Assembly (NCBI GenBank): GCA_038874355.1 | Contig: JAVZCO010000001.1 | Span: 231,637-295,636, forward strand | Source of the DNA: Candidatus Pacearchaeota archaeon | GTDB taxonomy: Archaea; Nanobdellota; Nanobdellia; Pacearchaeales; GW2011-AR1 | Direction: 5' to 3' | DNA length: 64,000 nt | Shown here: in pieces, positions 20,251 to 30,559 of the stretch | Position numbering within the stretch: the first letter of the stretch is position 1 | How the letters are laid out: the number at the start of each line of letters is the position of its first letter | Made by a program: the position numbers and the translations under genes | Notes under the pieces: generated by a model | Databases searched by the model: none | Seen by the model: the letters and a program-made list of their open reading frames with translations, nothing else | What the model was told of the DNA's origin: nothing

Positions 20251-21105
20251 TTATTTTTCAAAAATTAAAGGAGTAATATAAACTTCTATAAATCCAGCAA
20301 TAATTAAAATAATAACAGCTAATATTATTAATAATAAAATATTTTGTAAGATATTAAAAAATCTCCCTGTTTTATAATCTTTTTTTGTTATTGCTATACT
20401 TAAAATTCCTCCAGCTAAAAGTCCAAAAAAATAAGCAGCAATTTCAGGAATACCATGGATCATATATCTTCCGAGGCCCAAAAAAATTTTATTAAATTGA
20501 GATTTTGTGTATATTCCTATAGCAGCAGCAATAACAGAAGCATTCCATGCGAGAACAAACATCCCACCAGCACCAAAAATTAATGAAAATATAATAGTAA
20601 ATATTAATACATATATATTATTAGAGAATATGGCTAAAAATCTATCTTTTGATGTTACAAAACCGGTAGTTTTTGATGTTAATCCATACTCTTTTATACA
20701 ATTTTGGAAATTATTTGGTTTATTTATACTACAATAAGTCTCTATTTGTGTAGCAAAAGTTTCTTTTGATAATCCAATATACATTAAACTATACCCTACT
20801 AATAACCCTAAAAATAAAAATAATAAAGCAGCCATACTTTTTTGATGTTCTTTCAAAACTCTAAAAAAACTTTCTTCAATAAATTCTTTTTTTTCTTCTA
20901 TTCTAAACAAAAAATAAACGAAAGGTGTGCAAAACATTACACTAAAAGTAACAATTATAATACCAAGATGCTTAGCCATTATAATATCATGTGCAAAAAA
21001 AAATCTTGCTAATAAAACGGAAATAATACCATAAAATAAACCAATAAAAAACATATACCAACTTTTTTGTTTTGCTTTAATTGGACTTAAAAGCATTTCT
21101 AACAT
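20251..21105 (-). CDS. Stage II sporulation protein M (SpoIIM/DUF95) family membrane protein
   Basis: IFSNN, WNASVIA, HGIPEIAAY, AGFIEVYITP. Confidence 0.8.
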   Translation of the reverse strand: MLEMLLSPIKAKQKSWYMFFIGLFYGIISVLLARFFFAHDIIMAKHLGIIIVTFSVMFCTPFVYFLFRIEEKKEFIEESFFRVLKEHQKSMAALLFLFLGLLVGYSLMYIGLSKETFATQIETYCSINKPNNFQNCIKEYGLTSKTTGFVTSKDRFLAIFSNNIYVLIFTIIFSLIFGAGGMFVLAWNASVIAAAIGIYTKSQFNKIFLGLGRYMIHGIPEIAAYFFGLLAGGILSIAITKKDYKTGRFFNILQNILLLIILAVIILIIAGFIEVYITPLIFEK

Positions 21106-21155
21106 AAATTAACAAAATAAATAAGATATTTAAATCTTGTTTATCTATTAAATAA

Positions 21156-21971
21156 ATGAAAAAAGAGGAAATAATAAATAAAATAATAAAAGATATAAAA
21201 TCTGTAAAGATTCAAGGAGCAACAAATATTGCAAAATCTGCTCTTTATGCATATTCTTTATCAAAAACAAAAAAAACAAAAAATAAATTAATAAATGCAC
21301 GACCTACAGAACCTTTACTTATTAATATTTTAAAAAAATTTGACGAAGGTATGACAAAAAAAGAAATTTTAAATCATTTTATAGAAACACAAAATAAAAT
21401 TAATAATTTTGTTTTTAAATTAATAAAAGATGGAGATATTATTATGACTCATTGTCATTCTACTTCAGTTGTCCAAGCTTTAATTTATTGTAAGAAAAAA
21501 GGAAAAAAATTTCAGGTTTATAATACAGAAACTAGACCATTGTATCAGGGAAGAAAAACCTCAAAAGAGTTAAGTAAAGTAGGAATAAAAGTAACTATGT
21601 TTATTGATAGTGCAATAAATATTGCGCTAGAAAAAAAACAAGGGACAAAAAAAGTTAATAAAGTTTTTTTAGGAGCAGATGCCATCTTAGATAATTTTGT
21701 AATAAATAAAGTAGGATCAGAAGTAATTTCTAAGTTAGCTTTTTATAATAAAATTCCAGTTTATCTTTTAGCAGATTCTTGGAAATATTATCCTAAAAAA
21801 ATAAAAATAGAAGAAAGAAATATAAATGAGATTTGGAATAATGCCCCAAAAAATGTAAAAATAAGAAATCCTGCCTTTGAAATAGTAAATAAAAAATATA
21901 TTAAAGCAATAATTTCTGAATATGGAATATTGAGTTATGATAAATTTTTAAAAAAAGTTAAAAATAAATAA
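21156..21971 (+). CDS. Ribose-1,5-bisphosphate isomerase (eIF2B-like family)
   Basis: IQGA, RPTEP, THCHS (catalytic Cys), ETRP, GADAI (catalytic Asp), NKVG, NPAFE. Confidence 0.8.
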   Translation: MKKEEIINKIIKDIKSVKIQGATNIAKSALYAYSLSKTKKTKNKLINARPTEPLLINILKKFDEGMTKKEILNHFIETQNKINNFVFKLIKDGDIIMTHCHSTSVVQALIYCKKKGKKFQVYNTETRPLYQGRKTSKELSKVGIKVTMFIDSAINIALEKKQGTKKVNKVFLGADAILDNFVINKVGSEVISKLAFYNKIPVYLLADSWKYYPKKIKIEERNINEIWNNAPKNVKIRNPAFEIVNKKYIKAIISEYGILSYDKFLKKVKNK

Positions 21972-21972
21972 T

Positions 21973-22368
21973 TTAATTTTTTATTTTTTTATTTTCATTA
22001 ATTTTTTCAATAATTTTTTCTAATTCTAAACTTAATATTTCTATGTTAATAACTATTTGATTTTTTAATCTTTCAAGTTCTTCTAATTGTTTGTTAATAA
22101 TTTCCTTTGTTTCTTCTATAGTTTTTTTTAAAACTACACCATTTCCAACATTAACAAATAATTCTTTATTCTTTATCTCAGTTTCTACAAATATACCCTT
22201 TCCTAAAGATAACAAAGTTTTTTTGTTTTTTTCTTTAATGTATTTTAAGGATTCTTTTATACTCATAAATTCCATTATTTGTTGATTTATTATTGAAAGT
22301 TGTTCTTCTAATTTTCTTGCTTCTTCTTGTATTAAACTTATTTGTAAAATATAATTTTCATTTACCAT
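21973..22368 (-). CDS. pfdA: Prefoldin subunit alpha
   Basis: Coiled coils flanking two beta-hairpins LGKGIFV and VNVGNGV. Confidence 0.85.
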   Translation of the reverse strand: MVNENYILQISLIQEEARKLEEQLSIINQQIMEFMSIKESLKYIKEKNKKTLLSLGKGIFVETEIKNKELFVNVGNGVVLKKTIEETKEIINKQLEELERLKNQIVINIEILSLELEKIIEKINENKKIKN

Positions 22369-22369
22369 T

Positions 22370-22774
22370 TTATTCTGTTTTTAAAATTTTTTTAAATATT
22401 AAGTTAAAAATTAAACTAAAAAGAATATACCACCAAATCCAAGATTTTTCTAATGGTGTATTAATAAAAACATTTTTTAACCAACTAAATAAAACTAATA
22501 GGGGAATTAAAGTAAAAATCATAGGTTTAAAACTATACTTCATAAGTTCACTGCTATATAACATTATTTCTTTTTGTATTTCTAAAATTTTTTCTTTATT
22601 ATTTCTATTTTTTTTTAATTCTTCTTGTAATTTTTTTTGTTTTTCTTTTATTTCTTTTATCTTTTGTTGATTAGTAGTATATTTATTTATTAAAGTTACG
22701 ATAATAGTAACTATTAAAGAAATTATTAAGATACCTAATTTTGGGTTTTTTCCTATAAATTCTTCTATGTTCAT
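22370..22774 (-). CDS. EMC3/TMCO1 (DUF106, Oxa1 superfamily) membrane protein
   Basis: TM-coiled coil-FKPM..T.IP-WIWWY; position downstream of secY. Confidence 0.85.
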   Translation of the reverse strand: MNIEEFIGKNPKLGILIISLIVTIIVTLINKYTTNQQKIKEIKEKQKKLQEELKKNRNNKEKILEIQKEIMLYSSELMKYSFKPMIFTLIPLLVLFSWLKNVFINTPLEKSWIWWYILFSLIFNLIFKKILKTE

Positions 22775-22814
22775 TTTTATTTTTAAAATTTTTTTAGTTT
22801 TTAAATAATTGCTT

Positions 22815-24221
22815 TTATTGTATAAATCTCTTTAAAGCAGGATACATATCCATTGCATGTTGTTGTGCAATATTCTGATAAAATTGATATATTATCATTA
22901 CACCTAATAAAATTGCTGTTCCAGAGACTATCGCTCCTAACATGTTTGCTAATGAAGCTAATAATCCTATAGCAGCACCTCCCATAATTGTTAAAGGAAG
23001 GATATATCTATCTAATACACTTTCTAAAATCCTCTCGTCTTTTCTAAAACCAGGTATTTGTAATCCAGAAGAAATTATATTTTTTGCTTGAGAAGCAGCA
23101 TCTAATCCAGAAGTTTTAACCCAAAAAAATGCAAATAAAACAGAGAAGAAAATATAACACAAAATATGAATTATCATTTGTGAAACACTTCTTGCATTTA
23201 GAGTTGATGTTATCATTTGTTGAATCAAATTAGGATTTGGATCAGATATCCAATATGCTAAACCACCTACAGCTTTTCCACCTTCAAATACTCCTAGAAA
23301 AGTTCCATGACCTCTCCAGTTTTGAAGTAATCCTCCAAATAATTGCAAATTAGCAATTAAAGCAGCTGTTAGAATAACAGGTATAACCGATGTATAAAAA
23401 AAAGCGAGAGGCCATCTTATACTATAACCTCTTAATCTATCAAAACTTAAAGGAACCTCTACTTTTAAAGATTGTGCCCAAACAACAATACCAAATATGA
23501 TGGTGGTAACAATTATTACTATTAAAGCTTGTAATGCACCTTGTGGATTTTGATTTACTAAAGATTGTAAAAAAACTAAAACTTTACCACCGCATTCTAC
23601 AACTTCTCCAGACTGCCCACTAAATTTAATTAAACAATTTCCACCATCAATACTAATAAATTGAAATAATCCATTAAATAATCTCCATCCAACTCCAGCA
23701 GCAATAAATAAACTTACACCAGAACCAAAACCCCATTTCTGTACTAAATCATCTAATAACATTATTGCTAAACCTCCAAGAATAAGTTGAAATATAACTA
23801 TTGCTGTATAACCAGGAATTGCCTCTAAACCTTTCATTAAAACGTAAACACATGCTTCAAATATTATAAAAAATATTATAGCTATTTTTTGTAAACCTTG
23901 AAAGTATTTTTTTCCTTCTTCTTTTGTTAAATCTATATTTAATATTTTACTTCCTACGAGTAATTGTAATACAATAGAAGCCATAACTATTGGCCCTATA
24001 CCCAAACTAATTATACTACCAAAATCTGTTCCAAATATAATCGCAAGATATTGGAATCTTTGTAAAGCATTTTCTTTTAATCCGAATAAAGGAATATTTG
24101 CTAAAACAAAAAAACATACCAAAACAATTAATGTCCATTTTAATTTTATGTTGAAAGCTAATCTTTTCTCTGAAGGTTTTTTTACTTCTGGTATAAAGGT
24201 CAATATCTTCTCAAGCACCAT
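22815..24221 (-). CDS. secY: Preprotein translocase subunit SecY
   Basis: KLKWT, LGIGPIV, KWGFGSGVSLFIA, YTSVIPVIL, QIPGFR; ATG 24221 preferred over TTG 24227. Confidence 0.97.
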   Translation of the reverse strand: MVLEKILTFIPEVKKPSEKRLAFNIKLKWTLIVLVCFFVLANIPLFGLKENALQRFQYLAIIFGTDFGSIISLGIGPIVMASIVLQLLVGSKILNIDLTKEEGKKYFQGLQKIAIIFFIIFEACVYVLMKGLEAIPGYTAIVIFQLILGGLAIMLLDDLVQKWGFGSGVSLFIAAGVGWRLFNGLFQFISIDGGNCLIKFSGQSGEVVECGGKVLVFLQSLVNQNPQGALQALIVIIVTTIIFGIVVWAQSLKVEVPLSFDRLRGYSIRWPLAFFYTSVIPVILTAALIANLQLFGGLLQNWRGHGTFLGVFEGGKAVGGLAYWISDPNPNLIQQMITSTLNARSVSQMIIHILCYIFFSVLFAFFWVKTSGLDAASQAKNIISSGLQIPGFRKDERILESVLDRYILPLTIMGGAAIGLLASLANMLGAIVSGTAILLGVMIIYQFYQNIAQQHAMDMYPALKRFIQ

Positions 24222-24274
24222 TTTCAAAATATCATAAAAAATTTAATTCTCTAATAATATTATAAATATTAAAA

Positions 24275-24712
24275 TTATTCTTTTTTTAAATTTTCACATT
24301 TACCCCCAGCTTTTTCTATTTTTTCCTTTGCTTTTTTTGAGAAAGAATAAGCTTTGATTATTAATTTATCTTTTATATCTCCTCTACCTAATATTTTATA
24401 ATCTTCTAAATTTAAAAAAATTCCTTCGTTAGTTATTTTTGCTTTACCTTCTTTAATAAATTTTTCTAATTTATCCTGTAATTCATCAATATTAATTGTT
24501 GTTTTTTTTTCTTTTTTTGATTTAAATCCTCTTTTCCCGAAATAATTATCATAATATCTTAAAATATATGTTTTTCGCTGGTCTGCTCTTTTTCCAGTTC
24601 CGGCCATTCCCTTTCCACCTCTATTTCCAGAGCCCTTAGCTTTTTTTGAATTTTTTCCCCACAATCTTGTTCCATGAAATCTTCTAGATCTTTTTCTTTT
24701 TACTAATTTCAT
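24275..24712 (-). CDS. rpl15: 50S ribosomal protein uL15
   Basis: GNRGGKGMAG, FGKRGF, KILGRG, AKEKIEKAGG. Confidence 0.95.
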   Translation of the reverse strand: MKLVKRKRSRRFHGTRLWGKNSKKAKGSGNRGGKGMAGTGKRADQRKTYILRYYDNYFGKRGFKSKKEKKTTINIDELQDKLEKFIKEGKAKITNEGIFLNLEDYKILGRGDIKDKLIIKAYSFSKKAKEKIEKAGGKCENLKKE

Positions 24713-24713
24713 T

Positions 24714-25130
24714 TTATAACATTCTTTTTATTAATTCATTTATTTTTTCTTTTCTGTCACCTAAATCTCCTTTAGGATAGTGTTGTTTTATATTTTTTAA
24801 TCCACCTCGAGGAGGATGTAATCTAAAAAATGGTTTTATTGTTTTTATTTTATTATTTTTTATTTCTTCTATAATCTTATTTATTTCCTCTTTTTTTACT
24901 AGTTTATTACCAACTTTTTTACCTCTTTTTTCTATCAATAATTTTAAAGTATCCTCATTTATTTTTCCATAAGTAACATAATTTCTTATTTTTTTTAAAA
25001 TTCCTTCTATTTGTTTATTTTCATTAACAACTACACAAGAAAATTTTTTTCTTAGCCTTAATCTATAAAGAGCTTCTTTTATATCTCTTCTTACATCTAC
25101 TAAGCCCCTTATTCTTATTATAGCTATCAT
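24714..25130 (-). CDS. rpl30: 50S ribosomal protein uL30
   Basis: IAIIRIRG, FRLHPPRGG, INELIKRM; start at ATG overlapping uS5 stop. Confidence 0.95.
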   Translation of the reverse strand: MIAIIRIRGLVDVRRDIKEALYRLRLRKKFSCVVVNENKQIEGILKKIRNYVTYGKINEDTLKLLIEKRGKKVGNKLVKKEEINKIIEEIKNNKIKTIKPFFRLHPPRGGLKNIKQHYPKGDLGDRKEKINELIKRML

Positions 25131-25855
25131 TTTAATTTTTTTAAAGCATTTATGCATGCTTTTGCAAAATTTATTGTTGTTCTTGTTTGCCCAAAGCTTC
25201 TACTATAAATATCTTTTATTCCAGCTAATCTTAATATCTTTTTTATTTCATCCCCAGCAACCAAACCTGTACCTTGAGGAGCAGGTATTAAAATAATCTC
25301 TGCACTTCCACATTTACCATTAACCTTAAATGGAATACTATGTGATTCTTTACAATTACAATCAAAACTACCACACCCTCTTTTTATTTTTATTATATTT
25401 AGTTTTGCTTTCCTTATTGCTTTTTCTCTGGCAGGTAAAGTTTCTTTAGCTTTTCCGTAACCAATTCCAACATGTCCATTTTCATCTCCAACAACAGCCA
25501 TACATGCAAAAGTAGGAACATTACCCTCTGCTGTTTTCTTTTGTGTTTGCTTCCAAATTCTTCTTTTTCCACCACCAAATTTTCCTTTTGATTGTCCTAT
25601 TTTTAATAATTCTATTTTAAGATCTAATAAAGAATCTATAATTTCTACTTCTAATATCTTATACTTATCTAAAATTTCATCAATGTCTTTAATTTTTCCT
25701 TCTTTTACTAACTTACCTATTTCTGTTTTAGGTTTCCAATTAACTAATCTTTCTTTTATTTTTTCCTTTTCTTCTATTTCTTCTTTTTCTAATTCTTCAA
25801 TACTACTATCTACTTCCTTTAAAACTTCCTCTATTTCTTCTTCCTTATCATTCAT
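25127..25855 (-). CDS. rps5: 30S ribosomal protein uS5
   Basis: WKPKT, VVGDENGHVG, RGCGS, PAPQGTGL. Confidence 0.95.
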   Translation of the reverse strand: MNDKEEEIEEVLKEVDSSIEELEKEEIEEKEKIKERLVNWKPKTEIGKLVKEGKIKDIDEILDKYKILEVEIIDSLLDLKIELLKIGQSKGKFGGGKRRIWKQTQKKTAEGNVPTFACMAVVGDENGHVGIGYGKAKETLPAREKAIRKAKLNIIKIKRGCGSFDCNCKESHSIPFKVNGKCGSAEIILIPAPQGTGLVAGDEIKKILRLAGIKDIYSRSFGQTRTTINFAKACINALKKLK

Positions 25856-25856
25856 T

Positions 25857-26342
25857 TTATCTTCCTTCAAATTCATTTTCTATTTTATTTTTTATATATT
25901 CAAAAAATTTATTTTTTACTATTCTTTCTTCTTTAGGAAACATTTCTTCTTTACATTTAATTTTTATACCGCTTTCTTTTAATCCTTTAACAAAAGAATA
26001 TATTTTTGAACCTTTAATATTTCTTAATAATCCTATGTCTAATATACATTCTTTACTAATATCTTTTTTTATTATTTTTTTTCCTAATAAAAATCCGCTT
26101 AGATAACAAGCTGTAAGATTTTTGGCATTATAATCATTCCATCCATATTTTCTTAATTCTTTTGAATTAACGCTTACAATAACAAAATCTTGTGCATTTT
26201 TTGATATTACATAAGATCCAATTATGTACCTATTTGTTTTTCTAAAAACTATCCTCGGTAAATTACTTTTTAACATCTCTATTCTTGCTTTGTAATCTGT
26301 TTTTCCTTCTCTTCTTCTTTTCATTTTTACTACAATCTTCAT
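25857..26342 (-). CDS. rpl18: 50S ribosomal protein uL18
   Basis: RRREGKTDY, RIVFRKTN, ILDIGL. Confidence 0.95.
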   Translation of the reverse strand: MKIVVKMKRRREGKTDYKARIEMLKSNLPRIVFRKTNRYIIGSYVISKNAQDFVIVSVNSKELRKYGWNDYNAKNLTACYLSGFLLGKKIIKKDISKECILDIGLLRNIKGSKIYSFVKGLKESGIKIKCKEEMFPKEERIVKNKFFEYIKNKIENEFEGR

Positions 26343-26737
26343 TTTTTTAATTCCTCCATTAAGTGCTTAATATCTTTAAATTTATTTTGTTTTATTTTTT
26401 TTCTTATTTCATTATACCTTTCTTTTGATATTTTTCCTTGTTCTTTTAATTTTTTTAAATGATTTCTTTGTTTTCTTACCCTTATAACATATTCTTTTTT
26501 TCTATTCTTTATTTTCTTTTTTATTTTTCCAGGCCCTCTCCTTCTTTTTCTTTTTTCTTTTTTTCTTCTCCCTTTTTTTTCTTTTATTATAATTGCTTTA
26601 TCTTTAATTAAATCGATTATGTCTTTTCTTGTTATTGCTTCTTTTATCTCATCTAATCTTGTTTCATTGAATATAATTCTATCTATTCCGACATTCATAA
26701 CCCTTGCAACTAATTTCTTCTTTTTTTTAAGATTCAT
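26339..26737 (-). CDS. rpl19e: 50S ribosomal protein eL19
   Basis: L..KKKLVAR..VG..RI, AITR.DI..LI, RRRGPG. Confidence 0.93.
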   Translation of the reverse strand: MNLKKKKKLVARVMNVGIDRIIFNETRLDEIKEAITRKDIIDLIKDKAIIIKEKKGRRKKEKRKRRRGPGKIKKKIKNRKKEYVIRVRKQRNHLKKLKEQGKISKERYNEIRKKIKQNKFKDIKHLMEELKK

Positions 26738-27092
26738 TTTTTTCTCCTTTTTTTATATTTAAGATTTCTATATTTTTGTTCTTTGCTTCTTCTATAATTT
26801 GTTTTCTTTTCTTTTTTCCAATTTTTGAAGATATTATAACTATATTTTTTTCTTTATCAACTTTCTTTAAATCATAAATATTATTTACTAAGATTGGTAA
26901 TTTTCCTTTAAGTAAAAATTTATTTTTTTTACTTTTTCCAAAACCAATTTGAACTTTTTTTAACCTACCTTTTTTTCTTACTCTTATTTTACTATGCCTT
27001 CCTCTTTGTCTTCTCCATTTTTGTTTTTTTTTCTGCCTTTTTCCTAATCTTATATAATAAGTTGTTCCTCTTCTTAGAAATTTTCTTTTCAT
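26727..27092 (-). CDS. rpl32e: 50S ribosomal protein eL32
   Basis: FLR, KWRRQRGRHSKIR, IGFG; operon position. Confidence 0.92.
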   Translation of the reverse strand: MKRKFLRRGTTYYIRLGKRQKKKQKWRRQRGRHSKIRVRKKGRLKKVQIGFGKSKKNKFLLKGKLPILVNNIYDLKKVDKEKNIVIISSKIGKKKRKQIIEEAKNKNIEILNIKKGEKNES

Positions 27093-27093
27093 T

Positions 27094-27636
27094 TTATTTT
27101 CTCCTCCCTTTACATTTTTCTATAATAAAAATTCCATCTTGAAAAATTCTTCTATCTCTTTTCGTTATTCTAGTAGCTTGTTCTATATTTGCTGCTGTTT
27201 GGCCAGCTTTTTCTTTATCATGGCTTTCTACAATTATAATATCTTTTTCAATTCTTACATTAACGTCATCTAATATAAGAGCTTTTCTTTCTTTTTTTTC
27301 TCCAAGAAAATTTTTTATTATCAAATAATTATCTTTAATACTAACGGATATCGGAAAATGGACATAACAAATCTGTAATTTATAAACATATTTTTCTCTT
27401 AATCCTTCTATAGCGTTTTTTATTTTTGCTTTAATTGTTTTTATATCTCTTTTATTTTTTCTTGTTGCCTTTTCTTTAAATAAGACTATTTTATTTTTTT
27501 CTTTTATTATATCAAAATTTCCTTTCAATAATATTTTATCTTCTTTATCATTACTTTTTATTTTTAATATTTTCCCATCTATTTCAAAATTCATTCCTTC
27601 TGGTATTTCTATTATTTCTTCAATTTTTGTTTTCAT
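27094..27636 (-). CDS. rpl6: 50S ribosomal protein uL6
   Basis: HFPI, NFLGEK, GQTAANIEQ, DRRIFQDGIFI. Confidence 0.95.
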   Translation of the reverse strand: MKTKIEEIIEIPEGMNFEIDGKILKIKSNDKEDKILLKGNFDIIKEKNKIVLFKEKATRKNKRDIKTIKAKIKNAIEGLREKYVYKLQICYVHFPISVSIKDNYLIIKNFLGEKKERKALILDDVNVRIEKDIIIVESHDKEKAGQTAANIEQATRITKRDRRIFQDGIFIIEKCKGRRK

Positions 27637-27638
27637 TT

Positions 27639-28016
27639 TTAATAAAAATATGCAATAAGAGAACCGCCTAAGTTTTTTTCTAAAGCTTCATAATGTGTCA
27701 TTATCCCTTTACTTGTAGATATAATAATAATTCCAAAATTTCTTGCAGGCAAATATCTCCTAACATATTTTTCTATATCCTTAATTTGTACATCAAATCG
27801 AGGTTTAATTGCTTTACACTCATTTAATTCTCCTATTGTAATTCTTAATTTTTTTTCTTTATCAATAAAATAATCTTTTATATAGTTATTTTTTTTAGCT
27901 AATTCCAAAATAGATAAAAGAAGTTTGGAGTAATAACTAACTAAAACTTCTTTTTTTCTCGCTTTTTTCGCATTCATTATCTTACATAATCCATCAGCAA
28001 CAACATCATGTGACAT
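27639..28016 (-). CDS. rps8: 30S ribosomal protein uS8
   Basis: IKPRF, YLPARNFG, STSKGIMTH, GGSLIAY. Confidence 0.95.
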   Translation of the reverse strand: MSHDVVADGLCKIMNAKKARKKEVLVSYYSKLLLSILELAKKNNYIKDYFIDKEKKLRITIGELNECKAIKPRFDVQIKDIEKYVRRYLPARNFGIIIISTSKGIMTHYEALEKNLGGSLIAYFY

Positions 28017-28019
28017 TTT

Positions 28020-28250
28020 CTATGAGTATTTTTTAAATCCCAATTCATTAGCAATTTCTCTAAAGCATTGCCTACACAAATCTAACCCGTAAGACGATAT
28101 ATGTGCACCAAATCTTCCACATCTAAAACATTTTTTTGAAGCTATTCCGGTTTTTCTTTCTTTTGGTTTATTATGTCTAATAAATTTTTCTTTTTTTGCA
28201 GGTTTTTTTTCTATTTGTTTTAATATTTTTTTCCAATCACTTGCTGTCAT
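28020..28250 (-). CDS. rps14: 30S ribosomal protein uS14 (zinc-binding)
   Basis: CFRCG...[13 protein letters not shown]. Confidence 0.95.
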   Translation of the reverse strand: MTASDWKKILKQIEKKPAKKEKFIRHNKPKERKTGIASKKCFRCGRFGAHISSYGLDLCRQCFREIANELGFKKYS

Positions 28251-28753
28251 TTTATTTTTGTTTTAAAATTTTCCTCCATAAATTTAATTATTTCCTCTTT
28301 AGAGACATTTTGTTTAGCAGGTAATTTTCCTTTTTTTATTTTTCTTATACTAACTCTTTTTCCACTTCTACAAAAACTTACACTAACATCCAATCCTATT
28401 ATTCCTACATCTCTTTGATAAGATATTCCAGGTATTTCTATATACTCTTTTATTCCAAAAGAAAAAGAGTTCTCTGAAATTTGTTTTTTATTTAAAGTAT
28501 TATCTTTTGCAACTAATAATTTTTTTAGTAATTCAATTGCTTCTTTTTTTCTTAGTGTTACAAAAGCTCCAACTTCTAATCCCGGTCTAACATTTAAAGA
28601 AGGTATTCTCTTTTTTGATTTTACTTTTTTTGGTTTTTTTCCTGTAATTCTTTCTAATAATTTTACTCCCCTTTCAAGTTTATCTCCACTACCACCTATA
28701 CTTAAAACAACTTTTTCTATTTCTATATTTCTCATTATATTATTATTTTTCAT
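28247..28753 (-). CDS. rpl5: 50S ribosomal protein uL5
   Basis: [30 protein letters not shown]. Confidence 0.95.
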   Translation of the reverse strand: MKNNNIMRNIEIEKVVLSIGGSGDKLERGVKLLERITGKKPKKVKSKKRIPSLNVRPGLEVGAFVTLRKKEAIELLKKLLVAKDNTLNKKQISENSFSFGIKEYIEIPGISYQRDVGIIGLDVSVSFCRSGKRVSIRKIKKGKLPAKQNVSKEEIIKFMEENFKTKIK

Positions 28754-29394
28754 TTTTCTACCATTATATAATCTAACAAAGCATTTATTTTTTCTTGAGA
28801 AATTTTTATGGTTGCTATATTTTTTTCTTTATCTATTTTTTCTATTATTCCTCTCTTTCCAATATGTTTTCCATTAATTACTAAAACTTTACTCCCTTCT
28901 TTTAATGGTAATATCTCAATTATTTTTTTATTATTTAAATCAAATAAAACAGAATCTCCTATCTTTATGTTTTTATTTTCTTTATAATCTATTAAATAAT
29001 TTCTTCCATTTGTACAATTTATTTGTATTTTATTTTTATCAATCTTTTTCTTATTTAGAATTTTTGCAATAATTTCTTTTTTTTCATTTAAAATTTCTTT
29101 TATTGTTAATTTTTTATTTTCGTTTAAATCCAGAGTATAAATTTTCTTATCTATTTCTATTATATCTTTCAATTGTACTGGAAATTTTTCATCTTTAATT
29201 TTTTTATTATTAACAAAAATTCTTCCCTCTTTTATTATTTTTTTTACATCCTTTCTATTATTAACAATTCTTATTATATCTCTTATAATAACATATACAG
29301 GAATAGAGAGAAAGTTTCCACTAGAAGAAATATATTTAGTACCTTTTCTTGGTAAAGGCCATGTTTTAGGCATTGATTGTCTTTTTCTGTGCAT
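28750..29394 (-). CDS. rps4e: 30S ribosomal protein eS4
   Basis: H.KR...P..W...RK, S4 domain, KOW GKHIG; operon position. Confidence 0.9.
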   Translation of the reverse strand: MHRKRQSMPKTWPLPRKGTKYISSSGNFLSIPVYVIIRDIIRIVNNRKDVKKIIKEGRIFVNNKKIKDEKFPVQLKDIIEIDKKIYTLDLNENKKLTIKEILNEKKEIIAKILNKKKIDKNKIQINCTNGRNYLIDYKENKNIKIGDSVLFDLNNKKIIEILPLKEGSKVLVINGKHIGKRGIIEKIDKEKNIATIKISQEKINALLDYIMVEK

Positions 29395-29773
29395 TTTTAT
29401 CTTCTAGTTTTTTTAATCTTTTTTTATCTTCTAAATTTAATTCAATTATTTGTAATTTAGATGGATCAAACCAAATATTTATTTTAGTTCCATCTTTCTT
29501 TTGTTTTTGTATTCCTTCGATACTTACTTTTAATTTTTTTAAATTAATTTTTTCTATTTTTCCACTTTTCCCTTTAAAAGATCCTCTCATAATTTTAACT
29601 AGATCCCCCTTTCTTAAAGGAAAACTTCTTCTATTATACTTTTTTCTCAATTCTTTTGATAAATTCGCCGAAATTAATTTTTTTCTTATGTGAAGAGGAG
29701 CATTAAATCTATACTTTCTTTGTTTTCTTTTTTGCTTACTCGATTTCCACTTAATTGAAAATTTTTTTTTCAT
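29366..29773 (-). CDS. rpl24: 50S ribosomal protein uL24
   Basis: KQRK...NAPLH, LSKELR, GDLVKIMRG. Confidence 0.95.
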   Translation of the reverse strand: MKKKFSIKWKSSKQKRKQRKYRFNAPLHIRKKLISANLSKELRKKYNRRSFPLRKGDLVKIMRGSFKGKSGKIEKINLKKLKVSIEGIQKQKKDGTKINIWFDPSKLQIIELNLEDKKRLKKLEDKNAQKKTINA

Positions 29774-29774
29774 T

Positions 29775-30176
29775 TTAAACTATTATTAATGCTATTTTAG
29801 CTATTTCTTTCCATCTTTCTGAAATTTCCCTTGGTATAGGACCTTTTATTTGAGTCCCTTTTGGATTTCCCTTTTCATCTTTTAGTAATACAACAGCATT
29901 ATCTGTAAAAGCTATTCTTTCTCCATTTTTTCTTCTTATTGGTTTTTTTTGTCTTATGACAACGGCATCAAATACTTTTCCTTTCATTTCAGGATTACCT
30001 TCCCTTACACTAACCTTTACCCAATCTCCAATTCCGCAACGAGCTTGCCTACCTTTTCTAGATTTTTTTTTCTTTACCCCAATAATCTTAACTATTCTTG
30101 CGCCAGAATTATCAGCAGCTATAACATAACTTCCTATATTTAATGCATTAGGTATTTTTGAAGATATTGCTTTCAT
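29775..30176 (-). CDS. rpl14: 50S ribosomal protein uL14
   Basis: ADNSGA, AVVIRQ, DNAVV, PKGTQIKGP. Confidence 0.95.
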   Translation of the reverse strand: MKAISSKIPNALNIGSYVIAADNSGARIVKIIGVKKKKSRKGRQARCGIGDWVKVSVREGNPEMKGKVFDAVVIRQKKPIRRKNGERIAFTDNAVVLLKDEKGNPKGTQIKGPIPREISERWKEIAKIALIIV

Positions 30177-30559
30177 TTTTTATTTCCTTCTTTTATTATA
30201 TCTAATAAAACAAAATGAATAATTTTACTTAAAGGCCTACACTCTTGTATTAATACATAATCCCCTATTTTTACTTTTTCTTCCATACATTTAGGTAATC
30301 TAGCATGCAATCTTGTTTTCTTTTTTAAATATCTTTCATACTTTTTTATATAAACTGTTCTCTCAAATTCTATAACAATTCTTCTCGGAAATTTTTTTAT
30401 AACATACCCCTCAAATTTTCTTCCTCTAACTTTTAGATATCCATGGATAGGACAATCTTTATCATTACATTTTTCTTTATTCTTGCTATCAATTTTCTTT
30501 TTTTCTATATTTTCATCTATCTTTTCTTTCTCTTCTTCTTTTATTTCTTTATTTTCCAT
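30173..30559 (-). CDS. rps17: 30S ribosomal protein uS17 with charged N-terminal extension
   Basis: C.D..CP.HG.L.VRG, KYERY, ECRPLSK. Confidence 0.95.
   Translation of the reverse strand: MENKEIKEEEKEKIDENIEKKKIDSKNKEKCNDKDCPIHGYLKVRGRKFEGYVIKKFPRRIVIEFERTVYIKKYERYLKKKTRLHARLPKCMEEKVKIGDYVLIQECRPLSKIIHFVLLDIIKEGNKK

Noticed and set aside
21156..21971. Translation factor eIF2B subunit or MtnA
   Set aside because: RPTEP/THCHS motifs and the presence of AMP phosphorylase favour R15P isomerase
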